Positions 1 through 9,038 of a stretch of DNA of 64,000 bases are shown here, in pieces. Numbering within the stretch: the first letter of the stretch is position 1; every line of letters begins with the position of its first letter. Under the pieces are notes generated by a model that worked only from the letters and a program-made list of their open reading frames with translations, did not search any database and was not told the origin of the DNA. The stretch is from Mantamonas sphyraenae STR306 (taxonomy: Eukaryota > Protista > CRuMs): the NCBI GenBank assembly GCA_026936335.1, contig JAPMXV010000046.1, positions 248,001-312,000 on the forward strand, in the 5' to 3' direction. Position numbers and translations under genes: made by a program.

Positions 1-1456
1 TTCGGTGCTGTCGCTGTTTGAGGAGCTGTTGCGCACGGGCGACAGCAGTGTGAGCTTCGATGCGCTACTGGCTATGGTGTTGGACCTGTCCAAGCAGGCG
101 CGCAACGGCAAGACGAGCGTGGCTGCGGCATCGTCGTCCGCCAACACTTCGGGTTACTCGCGCCAGAGCTTGTCTTCGATCGCCAAGTGCATCGCCGTGC
201 TGTGCAAGAACGCCAGCCAGTCGCAGGTGCAAGGCACCATGTCCTCGTTTGTGGCCGACCTCAGCGCAGACGACGAAGCCACGCAACTCATGGCCATGCT
301 GTCCATCGGCGAGACGGGTCTGCTGGTCGACCTTTCCGATGTCGACGGCGTGTTTGCCACCGTGTTGGCTGCCTTTGACTCGCAGTCGGAGGAGGTCAAG
401 ACGGCTGCGTCGTTCGCTCTGGGTGGCCTCACGGTGGGTTCCCTCAAGGGTTTCCTGCCCCTGCTGCTGGAAGAGATCCAAGCCTCGCCCAAGCGCCAGT
501 ACCTGCTGCTGCACTCGCTGAAGGAGATCATTTCGCGTCAGGCCGCCGATCTGTCTGCCATCGAGAACTACTTTGACTCGCTGCTGGACATGCTGTATGC
601 TCACTGCGAGTCCAAGGAAGAGGGCACGCGCAATGTGGTGGCCGAGTGCCTTGGCCGCGTGGCGCTGCTCAACCCCTCCAAGATGGTCGATTCGCTGGAA
701 GGCAGGCTGGCCGACTCGAGCGCCAACACGCGCGCAACCGTGGTCACCTCCATCCGCTTCCTGGTGACCGAGGACGGCGCCGACGACGAGGTGATCATGC
801 CGCTGCTGACGGCGTCGATGAAGCTGATTGGCGACAGCGACCTCAACGTGCGCCGCGCCACGCTGATGACGCTCAACTTTGTGATCCACAACAAGGTGAC
901 GCTGATCCACGACGAGCTGCCGGGTGTGCTGCCGCAGGTGTATGCCGAAACCGAAGTGAAGGAAGAGCTGAAGCGCAAGGTGGTAGTGGGTCCGTTTACA
1001 CGCACGGTGGACGACGGTCTGGACTTGCGCAAGGCCGCTTTCTCTGTGATGAACACGCTGCTGGCACGCAGTGTGGATGTCCTGGACATGCCCGAATTCC
1101 TGCAGCATGTGACCGACGGCCTGGGTGACGAGTACGACATCAAGACACTGTCGCATTCGATGGTGCAGAAGCTGTGCTCGGCCGCACCCGTGGCGGTGTT
1201 GGAGTCGCTCTCGGCCATGGTCCCGCCTCTCAAGGAGACTGTGAACCAGAAGATGAAGAAGAACGCCATCCAGCAGGAGATTGAGAAGAACGAGGAGACC
1301 ATCAAGAGCGCTCTGCGATGCACCGCTGCGCTGCGTTCTCTCGAGGACGCAGACTCCAACGAGGAGTTTGTGGCCTTTGTCAACGAGATCGAGGCCGACG
1401 AGAAGCTGAGTGCCACCCTGGCTGAGGTCAGCGCAAGCAACCAAGCCGACATGTGA
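1..1456 (+). CDS. CAND1: Cullin-associated NEDD8-dissociated protein 1 (CAND1/TIP120), 5'-truncated by window edge
   Basis: HEAT-repeat protein with CAND1 hallmark segments QYLLLHSLKEII, EEGTRNVVAECLG and VVVGPFTRTVDDGLDLRKAAF; stop TGA at 1454-1456. Confidence 0.95.
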   Translation, partial: SVLSLFEELLRTGDSSVSFDALLAMVLDLSKQARNGKTSVAAASSSANTSGYSRQSLSSIAKCIAVLCKNASQSQVQGTMSSFVADLSADDEATQLMAMLSIGETGLLVDLSDVDGVFATVLAAFDSQSEEVKTAASFALGGLTVGSLKGFLPLLLEEIQASPKRQYLLLHSLKEIISRQAADLSAIENYFDSLLDMLYAHCESKEEGTRNVVAECLGRVALLNPSKMVDSLEGRLADSSANTRATVVTSIRFLVTEDGADDEVIMPLLTASMKLIGDSDLNVRRATLMTLNFVIHNKVTLIHDELPGVLPQVYAETEVKEELKRKVVVGPFTRTVDDGLDLRKAAFSVMNTLLARSVDVLDMPEFLQHVTDGLGDEYDIKTLSHSMVQKLCSAAPVAVLESLSAMVPPLKETVNQKMKKNAIQQEIEKNEETIKSALRCTAALRSLEDADSNEEFVAFVNEIEADEKLSATLAEVSASNQADM

Positions 1457-1522
1457 GCGGGAGGAAATGGAAATGGAAAACGAGGATTTTGTTTGAGTGC
1501 AACGTGGATGTTCTGTTCCGTC

Positions 1523-4042
1523 TCAGCAAAAGCCGATGGCGTTGCCAACGGCGTTGAGGACGTGGCCAACGGGCGATGTGCCGTGGAGGACAATGGCCGC
1601 GCTGATGAGCTTGATCATCTGGTTTTCCAGATTGGCACGCTGATAGGCGTTGTTAAACTTGCAACTGGGAAGCACATCCAGGACGCTGGTGCTACCTGCG
1701 GTGCAAACGGGTTGGTTGCCGAGCATTCCGCCTGCAATGGCCAACAGGATGACACTCAGGAGCGTGGAGCAGCACATGCATCCGTAGCTGAACATGGTTG
1801 GCTCTTTGCCTCCCAGCGAGCAATGGGCGGCTGTCTGGACGCAGAATATGATCGAAGCAAACACAATGTGTGCGTACATGACGCCCTCGAGCAGATTGAC
1901 AACGGAGCCGTAGTGATCGGCGCACTTGCCAAACTGAGCTTGGATTTCGGGCCGCGCTTCGTTGGTCAGAGATGCCTTTGTGCCCTTGCAAGTGCCATCG
2001 TTGCCGTACTTGCAATCGCAGCTGGTCTTGTAGAAGGAGGCGGCGCAGGAGCACATGCGTGTGGCCACGGTGGAGCACGTCTCGGGTTGCGAGACACCGC
2101 ACGCAGCCGTTTTGCACGCAGACGAGTCGGAGTTGGACGCATTGCGCAAACACAGGCACATGTCTGTCATGGGAGGCGGACTGTGCACAGTGCTGGAGTT
2201 GCACACGTCAACCAGATAATCCTTCTGGAAAGCCGGCAAATCGCTGAACTTCTGCTGAAAGGTTTTCAGGTTGTTTTGGGCAGTCATCTGGCCGTCGACA
2301 GCCAAGGCCAGAACTACGCCACTGCACACGAGGTTGACAAGCACAACACAGACAATCAGAGGCATGGTGCTGCCCGAAGGCCCATCCATGAGCTGGTAGT
2401 CGCCGTACGAGCTCTTCCCTTCCTTTGCCTTGGCAATCTTGATGCACAGAGCACCTACGGCGGCGTTGACCACCATGAGAACGAGGGAAAGAACCATCTG
2501 CCAGGTCCAATCGATGGCGGCACCCTCCTTGCACTGCATGCGTTCGACCTCGCCCAATCCATCCACGAGCGTGAGCACGGAGCCGTCGCTGGCCAGAATT
2601 GCCGAGGCGATGTTGGGAGTGATGGATGGGGTTGGGTAAATGCCGCCTGAGTTGGGTGTGGGTGACGCAGAGGAGGACGGTTTGGGTGTGGGTGCCTCCA
2701 GGGTGTAGAGCAAGGAACCCGTGAGGAGATTGACCACATACAGCCGACTCGCATCGTCTTGGTTGCTGTTGATGCCCGAGCTCGAAGGGGTGGTCACCAT
2801 GTAGGCCTGGGTTTTGTCGACAAAGTCAAAGCCGCGGAAGTTGATGTCCGTGCTGGCGCTGAAAACCCCCGAGGAAAATGTGAGCTTGAGCGACTGGATC
2901 GACTTGCCCGTGTCCAGGGCAAAGACGTGCATCCAGGATTCGGTGCTGGTGGAGTAGGTGGAGTCGGAGGATGTCTTGACGTTCTTGGTCAGGGTGACGA
3001 CCACGGTGTTGTTGGCGTCGAGCACGTGCACAGAGTTCGGCAACGCATCCAGAGGAGCACGCCAGACAATTGACCCATCGTCGAGGCTGAGAGCCACGAG
3101 TTCGGGATCGTCGGCACTGTTGAGGTGCATGGGCACATAGGCCTGGTTGCGCTTCTCGACAACAACACCGCCAAACACGCCGGCGCCGCTAAAGGTGACG
3201 TTCCACAGACGGGTGCGCGTGTGCAAGTTGATGAGGTTGACTTCGTGCATGTCGGCATAGTTGGTTCCGCAGGAAACCACGCCGAAGGAGCGGGAGCAGG
3301 ATTTTGTGCTGACTGGCTGCAGTGCAAAGAGGGTGCCATTGCGACGGAAGAGCGAGGTGCGGGCCATGCCACGTACATCGATGTTGTTGGACGGGTGGTC
3401 AAACGCGATCGAGGGCTTGGTGGAGTTGTGGCGAGGCACACGAATGAGCATCCAGCTCGCGTGGTTTGTGTCGGCACGCCACGCGGAAATGTAGCTGTCG
3501 CCCAGCTCGGGGTCCATCACCACGTGTTCACTGTGCAGGTAGTTGGAGAAGGAGGGGAAAGCCTTCCGGGTCTTGTACGTCCAGGCTGCGGCGTTTGTTT
3601 GCGTGTCAAACGCAAGCAGCCAGTCGAGGTTCCCTGAGCCGGTGTCGGCGACAATGCCCAGCTTTGCATGCGGTGCTATCTGCATTTGGTATTCGTGTTG
3701 GAAGCTGCCGTGCCAGTACCGGATGTCCGAGTCGTCGGTGGGGAAAAGCTGGAAGCCAGCCTTGAAGAGAAGCTCCCCATTGGGGGTCAGAGAGTGACCC
3801 ACAATGCGGCCCTTCATGCCCAGCGACCACAAAGTCTCGTCTTCGTCCATCACCATGGTGACCATGTCCTTGGCAGCGCCCGGAGCAAACCATGAGTTGG
3901 GGCCGTCACATTTGTTTTTGGGACCCACGCTCGGTGTGAAATAGGACCATAAGGAATCGACACCGGGGCCAAGCCACTCTGCACGTGTGCCATGACACAA
4001 CAGGAGGGCGGCGATGAGGACAAAAACGACTGGGCGCGCCAT
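1523..4042 (-). CDS. Secreted-domain membrane protein: signal peptide, PQQ-like beta-propeller, S/T/P linker, about 4 TM helices with Cys-rich loop
   Basis: Intronless ORF. MARPVVFVLIAALLLCHG signal peptide; propeller-type motifs (LVALSLDDGSIVW, VFALDTGK, YVVNLLTGSLLY); hydrophobic helices flank a Cys-rich segment. Alternative upstream ATG at 4099. Confidence 0.7.
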   Translation of the reverse strand: MARPVVFVLIAALLLCHGTRAEWLGPGVDSLWSYFTPSVGPKNKCDGPNSWFAPGAAKDMVTMVMDEDETLWSLGMKGRIVGHSLTPNGELLFKAGFQLFPTDDSDIRYWHGSFQHEYQMQIAPHAKLGIVADTGSGNLDWLLAFDTQTNAAAWTYKTRKAFPSFSNYLHSEHVVMDPELGDSYISAWRADTNHASWMLIRVPRHNSTKPSIAFDHPSNNIDVRGMARTSLFRRNGTLFALQPVSTKSCSRSFGVVSCGTNYADMHEVNLINLHTRTRLWNVTFSGAGVFGGVVVEKRNQAYVPMHLNSADDPELVALSLDDGSIVWRAPLDALPNSVHVLDANNTVVVTLTKNVKTSSDSTYSTSTESWMHVFALDTGKSIQSLKLTFSSGVFSASTDINFRGFDFVDKTQAYMVTTPSSSGINSNQDDASRLYVVNLLTGSLLYTLEAPTPKPSSSASPTPNSGGIYPTPSITPNIASAILASDGSVLTLVDGLGEVERMQCKEGAAIDWTWQMVLSLVLMVVNAAVGALCIKIAKAKEGKSSYGDYQLMDGPSGSTMPLIVCVVLVNLVCSGVVLALAVDGQMTAQNNLKTFQQKFSDLPAFQKDYLVDVCNSSTVHSPPPMTDMCLCLRNASNSDSSACKTAACGVSQPETCSTVATRMCSCAASFYKTSCDCKYGNDGTCKGTKASLTNEARPEIQAQFGKCADHYGSVVNLLEGVMYAHIVFASIIFCVQTAAHCSLGGKEPTMFSYGCMCCSTLLSVILLAIAGGMLGNQPVCTAGSTSVLDVLPSCKFNNAYQRANLENQMIKLISAAIVLHGTSPVGHVLNAVGNAIGFC

Positions 4043-4080
4043 GGACCTGGAGAGGGCTTTTTGGCAGCGCGAGCGCCAGC

Positions 4081-4093
4081 GTGACCAAGCAAC
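4081..4093 (+). promoter_or_regulatory. Candidate X-box (RFX-binding motif) GTGACCAAGCAAC
   Basis: Exact match to GTNRCC(N0-3)RGYAAC, 31 nt upstream of ATG 4125. Confidence 0.4.
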
Positions 4094-4124
4094 CAGCATC
4101 AGTTCGGATCAGGCGACACGCACA

Positions 4125-6711
4125 ATGGACAAGGAGAGTCGCACGAGGCGCTTGATGCGCAAGGAGGACACGGTGGCCAAGTTTGTGCGGCAACCGCGAC
4201 CGCGGCTTCAGGGGACGTACAACCAGGTGAAGTGGCGCACTGTGGAGGACAACCAGCTGGAAACCAAGACGCGACAGCAACAGATCGACACGATGCGCAA
4301 CAAAAACAAGCGCAAGACAGGTCTGCGCAAGAAGATAAAGGCGCGAGAGCGCGAGGATGTGCTGGACCCACGCAGCGGCTCTGTGGAGAGCATCGAGAGC
4401 AGCGGACGAAGCGGTGTCGGGCAAGGACAGGTGAAAATGACCATTGTCGATGACGTGCGCGACGAAGCAGACGACGACGAGTGGCTGCCGAGCGAGTACA
4501 GGCAGCGGAGCGTACGCAGCAGCGCCGGCGACCAGGAACGCTTCATGCAGATGTTCTACGGATATGTGACACCGGAGCCCAACTCGGTATACTCCCAACC
4601 TGGCCGTAGGCCAGATACAGCCAGTAGTGGGCGTTCGTCGAGGTCGTTGATGAGGTAAGTGGCGGATGCAAAGCGGGGTGGTGACCGTTGCGCCAACGTT
4701 GCCCTTGCGGCCAGCCAGTGTGGCGTTGTGTGGACATGGAGAGGTGGTATGGGAATGCTGACACGTGGATTCTACCCATCTACACCCGTGTGTGTGAACC
4801 ACGTTGCACAGTCGAGAGAGCACGCGCAGCCGAGCATCGAGCAGACAAAGCGTGTTGTGGGAACGGGAAGCGTTGCAGGCGGCCGCAGAACAGCGATTGG
4901 CCTCGCTGCAAGACGACTTTTCGTTCATGGAGCCCGAAGAGCAGGACGAGTTGTTTGAAGCCATGTTTGGAGACCTGCTGCCGCAGCATCAGCGCAAGGT
5001 GAACGACGAGTTTTCGGTGCTTCAAAAGGTGGGCGGCAGTGGCAAGCGCAGGGGACGACCACGCTCGCGTCATCGTCCAACTCAGCAGCAGGAAGACCAA
5101 GAGCAGCTGCAACAGCAGCGTGAACAGCAGGAAGGAGGATCTGGGAGCAGCAGCCCGCCTGAGGAGCAAGCGGGCACTGGAAGGCCGTCTTCGTCGCGTC
5201 GCAGCAATCGAGCCACATCTGCACATCGCGTGCGCTTTGCAGACGCGACAACGGGGAACGCAGACGACGTGGTTGCGAGTAAGCAAGTCGGAGAGGCCGA
5301 GGGGACGGGAGCAGGCGGTGAGGACGGACCGAGCACGAACAGCACAGCAGCGACTGAAGAAAAGGAAGATGAGAGTCAGAAAGGGACGGGGGACAAGGGG
5401 ACAGAGGAAAGGGAGGAGCAGGCGGAGGAAGCGGAAGCGGGAGCGGAAGAGGAAGAAGAAGAGGAAGACGACACGGGAAGTGTGTTGGAGGTGGATGTGG
5501 GTGCAGCAGAAACCACAGACACATTCGGAAACAAGGAACACACACCACCAAAGAGCCCTCCGCGACGAAAGAACAGGTACGGTGCGACAGCTCGGTTTTA
5601 CAAACGGCGGAGCGAGATGGAGTTGCAGATCCCGGAGCGACTGCAGCAGGAGAGCCGGGAGCTTGGGGCTCAGTTTGAACAGATCCTGGCGGATGAGGGA
5701 CAGCGCCAGGGCGAATCGTCATCACTGGAGATGCACAAGCGTCTGATGAACCCGATCATTGTACGAGAGGCAAAGGACGTGCCGGAGGAGCTGCTGAGCG
5801 ATTCGGACTGGTCGTGGAGCGGAAGTGAAGAGGAGGAGGACATGGTCAACGGAGATTCAGAGGAAGCGCGTGCAAACAACAACGTGAGGCGCATCAGCCA
5901 GAGTATTGGACAGAGCATTGGGAAGCGGCAGGAGTTTTTCCGGACACGGATTACAGACAGCAACGCACAGGAGGTGGAGGTGGACCTGAGCGCAGCGTAC
6001 AGCCGAAGCTCGATGATGTACACAAAGCCGCCAGACAGGCGAGGGCAAAAGGTGCATCTGCAGGAGAAGCTGTTGCGCAAGGGGGATTCGCTGAACAGTT
6101 CGTTCCTGCAAGCCACAGCTCCTCGTTCGCCCAAGAAGCGCATGGAGTACGGGCGATGGTATGTGCCCGTGAAGTATTGGCGCCCTATGGAGCAGGGGGA
6201 GCCTGTGATCACACAACACACGCTGGAGGAGCTGCGACACAAGCGGGAGGAACGTGTGCAGCAGCTGCACGCGAAGCAGATGGCCCAGGCCGAGGCTGCA
6301 CGCGTGAAGAACCTGAACAAAGTGGATGGTATGGGTGGGCGGGGACGTACATCGTCCAGAGTGCGCACGGCCGGATCGTCGGGCAGGCTACCGTCAGCCG
6401 CGACCAGTGCGAGCAGCGACTTTTTCGAGGACGACGGACCGCAGATGGAGCTATCGCAGACGGAAAGGGAGCACATTCTGTCTACAGGCACGGATCCGAC
6501 ACAGGGCATGCTGGACGAGGACTCGGCAAGGCCGTTGGACCCAGAAACAACGTACGAACCCAACATGAGCGTCGTCAAGCGCGAACGCATCCAGAAGAAG
6601 TTTCAAGAGACGTATCGAACTCTGTATGCTGCCAAGGCGTTCATGAAGCACTTGGAAAAGGGGCACGAGCGCAAGCCGTATTTCTTGGACGAGTTGAAGA
6701 ACAATCAATGA
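4125..6711 (+). CDS. Low-complexity protein with FAM47-like C-terminal motifs; 2 exons, intron 4655-4811; start 4125 or 4041
   Basis: GTAAGT...CACAG intron joins ORFs 4014..4658 and 4804..6711 in frame (AG|T = Ser). C-terminal KRMEYGRWYVPVKYW and LYAAKAFMKHLEKGHERKPYFL resemble FAM47 YGAWYL..KLW and L.G..AFKDFI...G.R.P.FL. Confidence 0.6.
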
Positions 6712-9038
6712 GTGTCGCCCCCATCCCCATCTTTCCTCCTCCTCGCGCTCGCACGCTTCTTGCTCTCTTCAACGCTTTCAGCAATGTGGCGGGAGCGGAC
6801 GTGGCGATCAAGGGTTTCCTGCAGAGCAAACGGGGCGTGGTCGCAGAGGACACACTGGAAGCGGTCGTGCTTGTCGTGAACGTGGTCTGCGAGCTGCTTG
6901 CGCGATGGCCACGGACCCGCACGACACAAGGAGCAGGGGAACTTGGGCCTGCGCGTGATGGAAGAGCCACTGGACACAAAGTCTTCGTAGAGACTGGTGG
7001 ATGAGCTTCGTGTGGATGGCCTGGAGAGCTTCACGACGTCATCGTCGTCGTCGTCGTCAGAGTCGACGTTGTCGTCTCCCTCGCTGTCTGATTCCAGGTG
7101 GCGTCGGAGCACAGAGCGCTCTTGGATGTGAGTGTGCACGCGCTTGACGTGCTGTTGGTACAGTTCCTGGAAGCGAAAGGGAGCACGGTCGCATTGGAGG
7201 CACAACCACATGTCGTGTTTGCGGCGGTAGTGGGATTCCAGCGCATCCTTGCTGCTCGACGTGCTATACTGGCACTCGTTGCACGTCCACGATTGCTCGC
7301 GCGAGTCTCGGCTGTTGATGCTGCTGCGTTCGCTCTGCTGAGAATGACGCAGTCCGATATGTTGCGTCAGCGACTCGGCCAACAGAAATGGCGCACGGTC
7401 ACAGTGGGGACACTGGTGCATGCCATGCTTGCTCAGCACGTGCCTACTGTACGCATCCTTGTCCATGAACGAGCGCTCGCCACGGCAATGGTTGCACACA
7501 TATGCGGGAGCCCGGCCTGGCGACGTCGTCGACGAATGCGACGAGGGCGATGTCCCCGGGTCCGACTCCACAGCAGATACAGACACAGCGTCGGAGGATC
7601 GCCTTTGACTTTCGGGCGTGCGGTCGCGTGCATAGATGCGGGATAGCTCGCGACGAACGGTGGAGTGCACGTGTGCCTGATGCTCCTCCAGCGCATCCAT
7701 GGAGGTGAACCAGGCCTGGCACTCTGGACAGGGCATCATACGTGCGGCTGTGGCCATGCCGTCCCCTGCATTCATGGGCAGTGGGCTCATGGGCTCCATC
7801 ACACGAGTCGAGCTCATCGCCTGCATGGGTGACTGCGGCGACGCACCGCCATCCATGAAGCTAAACATTGGCGTCATGGGTGTCCCTGAGGGTGTGGACG
7901 AGCCTACGGTGCCGGCACTGTAAGCGCTGTTTGTGCTGCCTGCGCTACTCCTCCGTTCCAGCTCCAGCTTCTGCTCGCGGTTCTCGTCCACCAGCGACGC
8001 AAGCTTGTCCTCCAGCGCCATCTGGCGTTCCAACAGCCGCAACAGCAATGGACTGATCTGATCCTGCGAGGTACGCGCGTCTGCAGACGCCAGCGACGAA
8101 AGCGACGGGGACGGGGACAGTCCCCCTCCAAGTAGCTGCGCAGGCCCGTCCGAATCGGCGGGGGACGGTTGTGAGCCCATGCTGGCTGTGCTCGGTGACG
8201 AGGCACGCATGGAGGATGCCATCGTGTCAAAGTGTTGCGTGAGCATGGGGCTGAGGGGCGACAAGGGTGTCGAGGCCCTGTGATCAGCTGGCACAGGCGA
8301 CGTTGTGCTTGGGTCTACACCCGTGGTGAAGGTCGACGATAGCACTCCAGAGAGAGAAGACACGGAGGGCAGGGAGGCCGCCAAGCTGACGTCGACGCCA
8401 GCTGAGCTAAGGGTGGCGTTTGTGCGAGAGTGTCGCAGCTCGACGTGTGTTTCCAGAGCGGATTGTGAGGGCAGGCCCGAGAGGCCACACTGGGTGCAGT
8501 CAAACACAGAATGGACATTCTGTTTGTGGAGGCGCATGCTTTCCTCGTTGTCGGCGGCAAAGAGGCAGTCGACGTCGGGGCAACCGAGAAGCGCATGAAC
8601 ACGCAGATGGGCCACCAACTGCGACTTGACGTAGAAGGAGACGTCGCATTCGCTGCACCCAAACTTGTGATGATCTCGCAACAGATGCTCGGCCAGGTCA
8701 GCACGCGTGTTGCACAGCACTTCGTCGTCCTGACATTGAACCTGTGGACACACAAACTGCCCGTGTTCCTTGCGTGTGTGCTCGCGAAGACTTCCTTGCG
8801 TCTCACACAGCACGCCTGTGCATCGAGCACACATCCAAAGGCCGTGGTGCTGCCGCATGTGGCGTCGGAGCAGGCGAGCCGTGCCAAACGTCTCGTGGAC
8901 ACACAGCGAACACACGTGATCAGCCCTCGCCACGCCGTCCTCGTTGCCTTGTTGAACCCACACGTGGTTCTCCCCCCCACTGTCAATGGGATGTGGCGAT
9001 GATCCACCCTGCTGCGCGGGTGCAGCCAAGGTGGTCAT
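6705..9038 (-). CDS. Multi-C2H2 zinc finger protein
   Basis: More than a dozen CxxC...HxxxH units (e.g. CSECDVSFYVKSQLVAHLRVH) around a Ser/Pro-rich spacer with a coiled coil; first in-frame ATG at 9038. Confidence 0.85.
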   Translation of the reverse strand: MTTLAAPAQQGGSSPHPIDSGGENHVWVQQGNEDGVARADHVCSLCVHETFGTARLLRRHMRQHHGLWMCARCTGVLCETQGSLREHTRKEHGQFVCPQVQCQDDEVLCNTRADLAEHLLRDHHKFGCSECDVSFYVKSQLVAHLRVHALLGCPDVDCLFAADNEESMRLHKQNVHSVFDCTQCGLSGLPSQSALETHVELRHSRTNATLSSAGVDVSLAASLPSVSSLSGVLSSTFTTGVDPSTTSPVPADHRASTPLSPLSPMLTQHFDTMASSMRASSPSTASMGSQPSPADSDGPAQLLGGGLSPSPSLSSLASADARTSQDQISPLLLRLLERQMALEDKLASLVDENREQKLELERRSSAGSTNSAYSAGTVGSSTPSGTPMTPMFSFMDGGASPQSPMQAMSSTRVMEPMSPLPMNAGDGMATAARMMPCPECQAWFTSMDALEEHQAHVHSTVRRELSRIYARDRTPESQRRSSDAVSVSAVESDPGTSPSSHSSTTSPGRAPAYVCNHCRGERSFMDKDAYSRHVLSKHGMHQCPHCDRAPFLLAESLTQHIGLRHSQQSERSSINSRDSREQSWTCNECQYSTSSSKDALESHYRRKHDMWLCLQCDRAPFRFQELYQQHVKRVHTHIQERSVLRRHLESDSEGDDNVDSDDDDDDDVVKLSRPSTRSSSTSLYEDFVSSGSSITRRPKFPCSLCRAGPWPSRKQLADHVHDKHDRFQCVLCDHAPFALQETLDRHVRSRHIAESVEESKKRASARRRKDGDGGDTH

